From Candidatus Omnitrophota bacterium (GTDB lineage: Bacteria > Omnitrophota > Gorgyraeia > B26-G9 > JBDRCZ01): a DNA stretch of 64,000 nt. The notes beneath the pieces are model-generated. The model searched no databases. It worked only from the letters and a program-made list of their open reading frames with translations, and was not told the origin of the DNA. Positions within the stretch are counted from its first letter, which is position 1. The number at the start of each line of letters is the position of its first letter. A program made the translations under genes and the position numbers. This document shows positions 40,154 through 48,955 of this stretch, one piece after another. The stretch covers positions 582 through 64,581 of the forward strand of contig JBDRCZ010000040.1 in the NCBI GenBank assembly GCA_043821285.1, in the 5' to 3' direction.

Positions 40154-41914
40154 TCATAACTCATAAATCCTCACCGGAATGCGCGAATAATACACTGTCT
40201 GCAAGTTAGCATTATCTCTGATAAAATCCTGTAGTTCCTTTTCAAACGACCAATCATAAGTCACAAAGAATATCTGCCTGTCATATCTGCGCTGTAGTTC
40301 TTTCACCTCTGCCACCGTGCTAACTTTAACAACATCTATATGCCGCAAATAATACTTAATCTCTCTCCCGGCAACCCCGGGAGCAATTACAATCACGTCT
40401 TTATCTTTTTTAACAATTTCTCTAATAAATTCTGCTGCCGCGCGATAATCCTGCCGCTCAATTGACAAAACCGTATAAACTGCCGGCAAGTTTATTACAA
40501 TCAAAAAAATTGTGCATATTACTTTCACAAAACACGGCCGCAAGTTCGGCAATTTCTGAGAAAGGCTGTTGATACCGCTGGCGACCAGCACCATGTAGAC
40601 CGGTAAGGCAAACATAAAAAAACGGGGATAAAGGTATCTTGGTCTAATTATCAGGTTCAAGCAAAAGGGAATGACAAACATGGTAATTGTAAGTAATGCT
40701 ATTTTTTTCTCTTTCTGCCAGATAAAGACTAATCCCGTAAAAAACAAAATAAGGTAAATAATGCTTCCAATAAGTTCTCCTGAACCTAAAGTTTTAATTA
40801 CTGAGAGGAGAAAAGTAAAATTAATATTTTTCGGAACATAGTCACGTAACAGCTCAAAAAAAATAAACGGCACGACCGGCAGATAAAACAAAAACACAAC
40901 TACCCCGGCAATCGTCGTAAACAAGAAAAATCTATTAGCGGTTTCAAATTGTACGAGCGGCGTGTCTATATTTTTATTTTCCTTAAACACAAACGCACCT
41001 AATAAAACAACTGCCAGCTGACTTAGTAATACCATGAGCATATAAAGATGGGCGTAGAGACCGAGCACGGTAGTAATAACAAACCCCCACCAAAAAGAAT
41101 ATTTTGATTTCCGCAATGCCTGCAAGAAAAAATAACATGATAAAATAGAAAACAACAATAAGGCCGTATAGCCTCTTGACTGTTGGCTCTGATCAACATG
41201 CAAGGCAGAAAAAACAAGCAACGCAGTACTTATCCAAACAATGCTCTTATTCCCAAACAATCGGGAAAATTTTGCCATTGCCCCGATACTGATTATCCCA
41301 AAAATAAACGCCGGCAGCCGAAACACCCATTCCGCCCGTCCAAAAACAAGTATTGCCATACGCGCGAGTATGGAATTTAAAATATGATTATTAAAATAGG
41401 CATAGGCGGTTACGGTATTTAAAAAATTTCCTTTATCAATAAAATTCAAAACCGAATAAATCTCATCATACCACAAGCTCTGATTAAAATTTACCAGACG
41501 TATTAGCGCCGCTACGATTATCATGCCTAATAAGAGCGGTGATGAAACTCCTGGCAATATCTTTGAGCCGGCACTTATGGTTACGTCTACGGGAACTTCA
41601 CCCGCCGCTTTTGCGGACAAATGTTTCCATAATAGTCCCCAAACTAAAAATAAACCCGACACCAGCAGTAAAACTACCTTAAGTTTCTGAATAATCTTAA
41701 GCAGTTCAAAATGCAGCCGTTCACTCCCGGCAAAAGAAATACGCTCTAGATCACCAATAGTTAATGCCAACCGCGTTGCCAGATTAAGCAAAACCGTATC
41801 CGGCAAAAGAACATATATCACCGTCAATATAAGTCCGATGCCGCCCAAGGCCAGACATATTCTTGCGGCAATTTTTGATACAGATTTTTCTTTAACCCTG
41901 CTATTCATAAACAT
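40154..41914 (-). CDS. GT-C (PMT/GT39-like) membrane glycosyltransferase
   Basis: SLWYDEIYS, FRLPAFIFG, SQQSRGY, multi-TM. Confidence 0.85.
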   Translation of the reverse strand: MFMNSRVKEKSVSKIAARICLALGGIGLILTVIYVLLPDTVLLNLATRLALTIGDLERISFAGSERLHFELLKIIQKLKVVLLLVSGLFLVWGLLWKHLSAKAAGEVPVDVTISAGSKILPGVSSPLLLGMIIVAALIRLVNFNQSLWYDEIYSVLNFIDKGNFLNTVTAYAYFNNHILNSILARMAILVFGRAEWVFRLPAFIFGIISIGAMAKFSRLFGNKSIVWISTALLVFSALHVDQSQQSRGYTALLLFSILSCYFFLQALRKSKYSFWWGFVITTVLGLYAHLYMLMVLLSQLAVVLLGAFVFKENKNIDTPLVQFETANRFFLFTTIAGVVVFLFYLPVVPFIFFELLRDYVPKNINFTFLLSVIKTLGSGELIGSIIYLILFFTGLVFIWQKEKKIALLTITMFVIPFCLNLIIRPRYLYPRFFMFALPVYMVLVASGINSLSQKLPNLRPCFVKVICTIFLIVINLPAVYTVLSIERQDYRAAAEFIREIVKKDKDVIVIAPGVAGREIKYYLRHIDVVKVSTVAEVKELQRRYDRQIFFVTYDWSFEKELQDFIRDNANLQTVYYSRIPVRIYEL

Positions 41915-41936
41915 TTCTTTATTTTTTCGTCATTCG

Positions 41937-43346
41937 TCATTGTTTTTCTAACCTTTTTCTGTCCCCATACAATTGTGGCAGCATCATCACCATTGCCGCC
42001 AAAAACCAGAACGGTTCCATAATCCGCACAATGATAAAAGTATTTGCACTAAAAGAATGAAACAACAGCCCAATGTACCCGGACAAAAAACCTAAGCTTA
42101 TCCCATTTGCCCAATCATCTTTTATATTACGCAATACGTCAAGACTGCGCCGGAAAATTGCCCCTAACAACCAAAGAAATATCCATAATCCAACAATCCC
42201 GGTTTCTCCTAACACCCGGGGATACTGTGTATCGACCAATCCTACTCCCGTGACCCCATGGCCTAACACTGGTTTTTTCAGCCATTGTTTAAATATACTC
42301 TTCCAATTCTCAATACGCGTGGCCGCAGATTCCTCCAGAGTAATTTCTATGCCAAAAGGCGTATATAATTTGCCGTGAACAAACGTATATTTTATCCGAT
42401 TAATTACTTTATTGGGCACGAATATAGGGATTGCAATAATAGATATAACTAAGATGTTGATTAATAAAGCTTTTTTTTCTTTCGTAAATATAATCATAGA
42501 CAGGTACATAAAAATAAATGCCAAATAACTGCCGCGGGATAAAGTTTGCAACAGGGTAATAAAAATCAGAAAAAGCAGCGGCAGACACGATAATTTCCAG
42601 TTTCGAGAACGGGTATACAAAAATATCCCTAAAGTCAGGGCAAATAGCAATACCAGATAACCACCCAATGTATTTGCCTCCCCCTGCACTCCTTCAAAAG
42701 GGGCGGTCGCCCGGGCAACATCTCCGGTCTCGATTGCTTGATATATTGCCCCTTCCATACTTCGATAGAGATTTCTTACCGTAAGCAGGGCATATACACA
42801 AGTTATTGAACAGGTTATTAGAAAAGCGCCAATAAACACCCGGATCTGCCGCTTATCCCGGATATTATTTGTTACCAAAAAATAAAGCATAAAGTATTCA
42901 CTATATTTCAAGATATAAAAAAAACTTGTCAACGCATTGATCTGCCCGGTTACTATCCCGAGAGTTGTTGCAACAACACAAACGACAATATAAGCAATAA
43001 TCAAGGGATTAAGCGGGGTGCGGCGCAGTAACCCCAGCTCTTTATTCAATGCCGTCTTGGCCAGCCAGCTAAAAAAGATTACCATCAGTAAAATATCATC
43101 AAATCTTACCACTACCGCCCGTTGGGGAACGCCGGCTACTTTAAGTTCCGGGGAAAGCAGCATGGAAAAGATAAGGATAATTAAGGCTATATTTGTATTG
43201 GTAAAAGTAATAACAATTACCACCGGAATAATAATAAAGGTAATATAGATATATTCCAGAGGGATTTTGGAAATGCCGATAAATAACATAAAAACAACTG
43301 CGAGGAAAAAAATGATTATATTAAACAGCGCATTTCGGTCAAACAT
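41937..43346 (-). CDS. O-antigen ligase/polymerase (Wzy_C) family protein
   Basis: ANTLGGYL, TLSRGSYL, RIENW..KPVLGHG, LGETGIVG. Confidence 0.85.
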   Translation of the reverse strand: MFDRNALFNIIIFFLAVVFMLFIGISKIPLEYIYITFIIIPVVIVITFTNTNIALIILIFSMLLSPELKVAGVPQRAVVVRFDDILLMVIFFSWLAKTALNKELGLLRRTPLNPLIIAYIVVCVVATTLGIVTGQINALTSFFYILKYSEYFMLYFLVTNNIRDKRQIRVFIGAFLITCSITCVYALLTVRNLYRSMEGAIYQAIETGDVARATAPFEGVQGEANTLGGYLVLLFALTLGIFLYTRSRNWKLSCLPLLFLIFITLLQTLSRGSYLAFIFMYLSMIIFTKEKKALLINILVISIIAIPIFVPNKVINRIKYTFVHGKLYTPFGIEITLEESAATRIENWKSIFKQWLKKPVLGHGVTGVGLVDTQYPRVLGETGIVGLWIFLWLLGAIFRRSLDVLRNIKDDWANGISLGFLSGYIGLLFHSFSANTFIIVRIMEPFWFLAAMVMMLPQLYGDRKRLEKQ

Positions 43347-43482
43347 ATATCTTTACTTTCCACAAATCCCCGCTACAAATACGTAAAAGAACTCCAATAT
43401 TCTAATTCAAAATTTATATTAATCTGCATATTCTCCGGTAAAAAAATAAACGCTCATCTTTTTTTATAGATGAGCTTATACT

Positions 43483-43576
43483 TTCGTATTGCGTCGTGTG
43501 CATTGCATTTTTTATTATCATCTTTTTATACTCAATACTCGATACACAATACGAACTTAAATCTGCGATTATCTGT
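43483..43576. repeat. Left arm of long inverted repeat flanking wzc
   Basis: 43500-43576 is the exact reverse complement of 45563-45639. Confidence 0.9.
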
Positions 43577-43610
43577 ATCTTCTAATCTGTGATCATCTGT
43601 GCTTGGCTTC

Positions 43611-45545
43611 TCACGTTTTCTTCTTCTGATCGGTTTCGCCTTCTTCGCGATAATATTTATATTTATAATAATAAGGATAGGGCTCAATGGATTCGGTCTG
43701 AGCGGCAATATGATTAAGCACGACCCCGATGATCTTTGCCCCTACGGATTCAAGCTGCGTTTTCGCCCGAAGCAGTGCATCTTTGGACGTGCGTCCAATT
43801 TCATGACAAAGTACAACCCCATCTACGTGAGAAGCGAGCAGGCTGGGGTCGGTTACCGGGATAACCGGTGGAGAATCAAATAACACCACATCAAATCTTC
43901 TTTTTAAATCTTCGATTAATTTCGTGATTGCGTTAGACTCTAAAATTTCTGCCGGATTTTGCGGCAGATGCCCGCTGGGAAGTATCCAGATATTGCCCAG
44001 TCCCGGAAACCTTATAATATCGTCCAGCGACATTTTCCCCAGCATAATATCGGAAATTGTTTTTAATGCATCATCTACCGGAACCGTACCGGTAATAACC
44101 TCACTTAGTCCCACATCTCCCCGGTCAATCCCAAAGGTTCGGGAGAGTGCCGGCCGTCTCAAATCCGAAGAAACCAATAAAGTTCTCGCACCTTTTTGTG
44201 CCAGCGTCAGTCCCAAATTTGTCAAAATTGTTGTTTTCCCTTCCCCCGGGCCGGCACTGGTTACCAGCAGCACCTTCTGCGTGGAACTAATCTTAAGATT
44301 AGTACGGATATTGCGGTAAGACTCGGCAATTGAAGATGTCGGGTTAAAATGGACCAGCATACGGATATAACGTTCTTCTTCTTCCGTATACTTGACACGA
44401 AAAATTCTATGTTTAATTTTTGCAAAAATATTTTTCTCATCATCAACAATCTCGTGTTTTATCGAAGGAATAACTCCTAACACCGGAAGTTTCAGCAGGT
44501 CTTCCACCTCTTGTATTGTCCCTACGGATGTATCCAATGATTCGACTAAAAAAGCAAGCGATATTCCCATGATTGCTCCGGCAATAATCCCAACCAGCGC
44601 GGTAGTAGTTTTTCTTGGCGATACTGGGGAACGAGGCAACACGGCTGGGTCAACTATAGAAACATCGCCTACTTTCTGTGCTTCGGTAATCCGCGCTTCC
44701 TCAAGTTTCTCTTTAAGCATGGAATAAAGTTTTCTATTTGCCTCAACCTCACGGGTTAGCTTGGCAAATTCCAATTCCTGTTCTGACAACCCGCCTTTTT
44801 CCTGCCGTTCTTTAAGTTGTGCTTCTAAATCTTTTATTTGTTTCTTAGTTTGTACAACCCTTGGGTGTTTTTCTGTATATTTCTGTAAGAGCGCGGCCAA
44901 AGCAACTTCTAAATCCGCCAATCGTTTTTGAAGTGGTGCAGAAAGATTAACTCCCCCTTCGCTACTTGTAGTAAATTTTTGCAGTTGTATCTCTCCTTCT
45001 TTTAATCTCGCTTCAAGTTCCGACAATTGTTCCTGAATAAATTCACGTGCCGTACTAAATTGCTTCCTTTTTTCTTCCAAATTCACTTCAATAAAAGCAT
45101 TAACAACCGCCGTGGCAATATCCCTTGCTTCTTCTGCACTACTTGCGGTGGCCGTAATTTTAATAATATTTGTTCTTTCAACGGTTTGGGTAGTTACCTT
45201 ACTTTGCAAATCCGTAACCATGCGTTGGAGTTCTGTAACCGGAGAAGTTATGCTTACCAGTCCAAGATCAAAAGCAACTTCTTTCATCACTGGGAATCCT
45301 TTTATCATTTTCGCTTGTGAGGCCATAGTATCTGCGGGACTATAGACCATCCATTCGGTAAGTAGTCCGGAGACGGTTTTACGCTCAAGTATTTTTACTG
45401 TAGCCGAAGATTCATAAACCAACGGCTTCATTGAAACATGCAGCACACTACCGATAGTTACCGAAACAAACGTTGCAACAATAATAAATTTTCTTTTGCG
45501 GAAAATCCGCAAATAATCTCTCAAATTCAATTCATACTGCGGCAA
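43611..45545 (-). CDS. wzc: Polysaccharide chain-length regulator / tyrosine autokinase (Wzc-like)
   Basis: Wzz-type N-terminus, coiled coil, AESYRNIRTNL, GPGEGKT, DSPP, C-terminal Tyr cluster YPYYYKYKYY. Confidence 0.93.
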   Translation of the reverse strand: MPQYELNLRDYLRIFRKRKFIIVATFVSVTIGSVLHVSMKPLVYESSATVKILERKTVSGLLTEWMVYSPADTMASQAKMIKGFPVMKEVAFDLGLVSITSPVTELQRMVTDLQSKVTTQTVERTNIIKITATASSAEEARDIATAVVNAFIEVNLEEKRKQFSTAREFIQEQLSELEARLKEGEIQLQKFTTSSEGGVNLSAPLQKRLADLEVALAALLQKYTEKHPRVVQTKKQIKDLEAQLKERQEKGGLSEQELEFAKLTREVEANRKLYSMLKEKLEEARITEAQKVGDVSIVDPAVLPRSPVSPRKTTTALVGIIAGAIMGISLAFLVESLDTSVGTIQEVEDLLKLPVLGVIPSIKHEIVDDEKNIFAKIKHRIFRVKYTEEEERYIRMLVHFNPTSSIAESYRNIRTNLKISSTQKVLLVTSAGPGEGKTTILTNLGLTLAQKGARTLLVSSDLRRPALSRTFGIDRGDVGLSEVITGTVPVDDALKTISDIMLGKMSLDDIIRFPGLGNIWILPSGHLPQNPAEILESNAITKLIEDLKRRFDVVLFDSPPVIPVTDPSLLASHVDGVVLCHEIGRTSKDALLRAKTQLESVGAKIIGVVLNHIAAQTESIEPYPYYYKYKYYREEGETDQKKKT

Positions 45546-45562
45546 AGCTGCCCCCTTTTTAC

Positions 45563-45656
45563 ACAGATAATCGCAGATTTAAGTTCGTATTGTGTATCGA
45601 GTATTGAGTATAAAAAGATGATAATAAAAAATGCAATGCTCAATACGCACTACGAA
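45563..45656. repeat. Right arm of long inverted repeat flanking wzc
   Basis: Reverse complement of 43483-43576 (77 bp perfect, 4 mismatches in the outer 17 bp). Confidence 0.9.
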
Positions 45657-45658
45657 TG

Positions 45659-46600
45659 TTAATCAGCTGTTTGGACATCGATTTTAGTTGTTGCGCCGTA
45701 TTTTATGGGATTAAGAATTTGATCAACCACATAATTAACATTAGCAATAAACTTTTTCGGGATAAATATTACATCTTCCGGTTGCAGCGGGATATTTTGT
45801 TCTTTATCTGCGGCCGCAATTGCCCGTGATAAATTGATTCTCTTCCCTTTTGGATTCTGAAATCCTCCGGAAATAAGTATGGTACTTGAAGGCACAGAAT
45901 GAGTAGTAAACCCTCCGGCCATGCCAATTGCCTCAAGAATCGTGCTTCCGCCAGAAACAGCATAAACTCCTGGTCTTCGCACTTCTCCCAAGACAATCAC
46001 TTTGCGCCCGCCTAACTTTCTCAAAGATATGGACACCTCAGGATATCTTAAATACTCTTCAAATCTTCGGGTAAGTTCCGCTTTCAATTGTGTAAAGGTT
46101 AATCCTTGTGCCGGAACCTCTCCGGCTAAGGGAAACGATATTCTTCCATCAGGTCGGACAATTACTTCCTGCCGCAGATCATCCTCCTGCCAGACAGTAA
46201 TATATAACACATCTCCGGGGTTAATTGTATATTCTGCCCCGGCTATTTGCTGTTCATTTTGAATAACGCTTGCTTTTGATTGTTCAAGTACAGTTAGCAT
46301 TATTATCAAAGGAGTCCCGGCTTCAATCTTACAAGGGTCTTTTATTTTGTCCTCATTTGGCTCATAGACCAATGTCCATTTAGACACATCGCCATAAAAC
46401 TTTTCTGCAACACTTGAAACCGTATCGCCATCTTTCGCCGTATAAGCAAGGTAGAGGACGTTACCTTCTTTTTTTACAACCGTTCCTTCTACACTGTGTT
46501 CGTCTATAACTATCGGATCTTTTACTGCTTGTGCATTTGGAACGGGAAATAATACTCCGATTAAGAGCAACCCCAAAACTAACCTCAGATAATACTTCAT
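45659..46600 (-). CDS. wza: Polysaccharide export protein (Wza-like Poly_export + SLBB) with N-terminal LysM
   Basis: Signal peptide MKYYLRLVLGLLLIGVLFPVPNAQA; LysM YTAKDGDTVSSVAEKFYG; YTINPGDVL, VRPDGRISFPLAG, VLGEVRRPG. Upstream in-frame ATG 46669 appears to belong to a TA remnant. Confidence 0.85.
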   Translation of the reverse strand: MKYYLRLVLGLLLIGVLFPVPNAQAVKDPIVIDEHSVEGTVVKKEGNVLYLAYTAKDGDTVSSVAEKFYGDVSKWTLVYEPNEDKIKDPCKIEAGTPLIIMLTVLEQSKASVIQNEQQIAGAEYTINPGDVLYITVWQEDDLRQEVIVRPDGRISFPLAGEVPAQGLTFTQLKAELTRRFEEYLRYPEVSISLRKLGGRKVIVLGEVRRPGVYAVSGGSTILEAIGMAGGFTTHSVPSSTILISGGFQNPKGKRINLSRAIAAADKEQNIPLQPEDVIFIPKKFIANVNYVVDQILNPIKYGATTKIDVQTAD

Positions 46601-46710
46601 TCCATTTTTAAACTCAAGCGCCAAAGTAAAATTATCATTTGCAATTACCTTAATCACCCTTAGATTCATAAAACCACCTCAATGGCTCAATGTTAAATGG
46701 ATGTTCCATT
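46601..46710 (-). pseudogene. Remnant of DUF4160/DUF2442-type toxin-antitoxin pair
   Basis: ..EHPFNIEPLR followed by GAGGTG RBS and MNLRVIKVIANDNFTLALEFKNG; recognised by motif resemblance only. Confidence 0.5.
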
Positions 46711-46868
46711 TGCGGTTTGAATATCTTTTAGCTCCGGATTTACACAGATGTTGTACGGATTAATAATCAAAGTTCAATCCGTGAAAATCTATAGTTTTAT
46801 CTTTTCCTCAATACACGATAGTCAATACCCATTGCGAACTAAAATCTGCGATCATCTGTATTCTTAAA

Positions 46869-47690
46869 TCAGCCTTCCATCATCTTCAAGCCTGCTTCAA
46901 CAGCCCCTTCATCAACTCTGGCCATACTCTGGCCCATCCCGACCAAAAGACTCAAATCACAAATCCGATTAATTCTTCTGGGGATACCTCCGGAACGACT
47001 ATGAATTGTTTTTACGGCACTTTCGCAAAATATCACCTCCGGGTTTATGGCTTCAGCAACCCGCAGGCGATGAATTATATAATTCTGCGTATCACTATAA
47101 TCAAATCCTTCTAAATGACATTTTATCGCAATACGCTGTTCCAGCTGTTTATTATCCTCAATCTTTTGCTTTAATTCCGGCTGGCCAAAAAGCAGCAAAC
47201 TCAACAAAAACCTTTCTCGGCTTTGAAAATTTAACAAGAGTCTAAGCTCCTCAAATATACATTCTTCCTTTATAATATGCGCCTCATCAATAATCAGCAC
47301 CGTTTCCTGGCCATCGCGGGAATTATTTTCTAAAATATTGCCTAAAATCTCAAGCATTGAATCCGCGGAGAGTTCTGTTTTTTTCTCCGGCAGATTTACC
47401 GCTTTTAGACTACGCACAATCGCCCGCAGCAATTCCACGTATTCCAGCTGGGGATTAGTGATAAAAGCTATTTTATATTTATCGTGCGGCAGCCAGTCAC
47501 AGATTGCCTGTCCAATCACAGTTTTCCCGCAGCCAAACACGCCACTCAACATACCCGCACCCATGTTTTGCTCAATAACATAGAGCATTTTCATTAACAC
47601 TTCTTCATGTTCGGGAGACTCATAAAAAAACCGCGGATTCGGCGTATTCTGAAACGGTTTTTCCCGAAACCCCCAATATTTCTCGTACAT
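46869..47690 (-). CDS. ExeA/GspA-like AAA ATPase associated with polysaccharide locus
   Basis: MYEKYWGFREKPFQNTPNP, GVFGCGKT, IIDEAH, LFGQPEL, SGGIPRRIN. Confidence 0.92.
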   Translation of the reverse strand: MYEKYWGFREKPFQNTPNPRFFYESPEHEEVLMKMLYVIEQNMGAGMLSGVFGCGKTVIGQAICDWLPHDKYKIAFITNPQLEYVELLRAIVRSLKAVNLPEKKTELSADSMLEILGNILENNSRDGQETVLIIDEAHIIKEECIFEELRLLLNFQSRERFLLSLLLFGQPELKQKIEDNKQLEQRIAIKCHLEGFDYSDTQNYIIHRLRVAEAINPEVIFCESAVKTIHSRSGGIPRRINRICDLSLLVGMGQSMARVDEGAVEAGLKMMEG

Positions 47691-47982
47691 ACCTTTTCAT
47701 CCCTCACAAATGAAGATCCCCCGCAACAAGCAACGGGAGATCTTCATATCCGAAAAATACAAAGCATTTTTCGGCCATTCGAATTGAGTACAACACTTGG
47801 CCTATAAATGCATTATTATTTTTTTCTTGAGGATGTGTCATAATAAAAACAATTCCGTCCTTTTCTCTAATAAAAAATTTCCTTCAGCTTGACTATCCCT
47901 CCTCCACAATGCATTGGCGGATCTTCGATGTAGCAAGCTGGAGGGAATAATCAAGTTTAAAGCAACTCTTTTACTCCTTTTC

Positions 47983-48024
47983 TATTACACTTATAAGTGT
48001 AATATATCACACCTAATCCGTCAA
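47983..48024 (-). promoter_or_regulatory. Candidate promoter (TTGACG-17-TACACT) overlapped by a 22-bp perfect palindrome
   Basis: TATTACACTTATAAGTGTAATA at 47983-48004; -35 at 48019-48024. Confidence 0.5.
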
Positions 48025-48054
48025 TAGAAATAAAAAAATTCCGAAAGAATTTTT

Positions 48055-48285
48055 TTATGAATATTGCATAGTATATCTGTCTATGAGTTGTCGTATCATT
48101 TTTTGATATTTAGTATGATGGCGTTTAGCTTGTTGCTTGAAAAAATTAACACTTGTTTTACTCAGCGATATGGTTACTTTAACAGTTTCTCGTGGTTCAA
48201 CAAGTTTTTCTGGTGGGGGAAGAAAATCTTCAACCCGCATCATCTTCCCAATAGGTACATCCTGATATTTTATCCTCTTTCGCAT
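48055..48285 (-). CDS. CopG/BrnA-like antitoxin
   Basis: DFLPPPEKL..TVKVTISLS..FFK..YQKMIR. Confidence 0.85.
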   Translation of the reverse strand: MRKRIKYQDVPIGKMMRVEDFLPPPEKLVEPRETVKVTISLSKTSVNFFKQQAKRHHTKYQKMIRQLIDRYTMQYS

Positions 48286-48364
48286 AGTAATCGCCTCCTT
48301 TCATCCAATATCCTGCCCCAATTATTCTAATCTTTCCATCTCGATATGTAAATCTTGCGGTAAT
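48263..48364 (-). pseudogene. BrnT-like toxin, 3' fragment
   Basis: ITARFTYRDGKIRIIGAGYWMKG overlapping the antitoxin start. No start codon; a TTGACA-17-TATATT promoter (48368-48396) abuts it directly. Confidence 0.7.
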
Positions 48365-48453
48365 GAAAATATATCACAAATATGGCTATTTGTCAATATA
48401 AATATATGTAAATATTTTTTGTTGGGAGACAAAAAATATGTTTTTTAAAAAAA

Positions 48454-48524
48454 CCTTGAAAAATCCGGAAAATATGCTATACTTTAATATCCCATTTTTA
48501 AATTTATTTTAAATTTACTTAATC
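48454..48524 (+). promoter_or_regulatory. Sigma70-type promoter shared with the array (TTGAAA-16-TATACT)
   Basis: -35 at 48456-48461, -10 at 48478-48483; matches the reverse complement of 27990-28060. Confidence 0.75.
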
Positions 48525-48955
48525 AAATTAATTATTTGTGGTTCGGCACTATAGATGCGTAGTGAGGATGAGACAACAGAAGACAGACGGCAGAAAAAAA
48601 GTGACAAATGACGAAACAAAAAAATAAAATTATCACACAGAGACACCAAGTACACAGGGAAAAACTTTAACTATTTATTTTTTAACAACAAATAGCACGA
48701 ATTATACAAATAAATACCCGTGATGAGTATTGAGCATAACAAAAAATTTGGTAACGGTTAGGGTAACGAAGCCCGTTGCGTAGTTCGGTTACGGTAACGT
48801 AAAAAAACTTTTTTATTTTTTTAGACGTAACCATTGAACGTAACCGATACGGGCATCGTAACCGTAACCTCTAGACGTTTTTTAGGTTGTCTGTCCGCCA
48901 ATCTTTGTGGCGGAACATTTGGAATTAAATAAATAGGATATTTATTGTATGGAAT

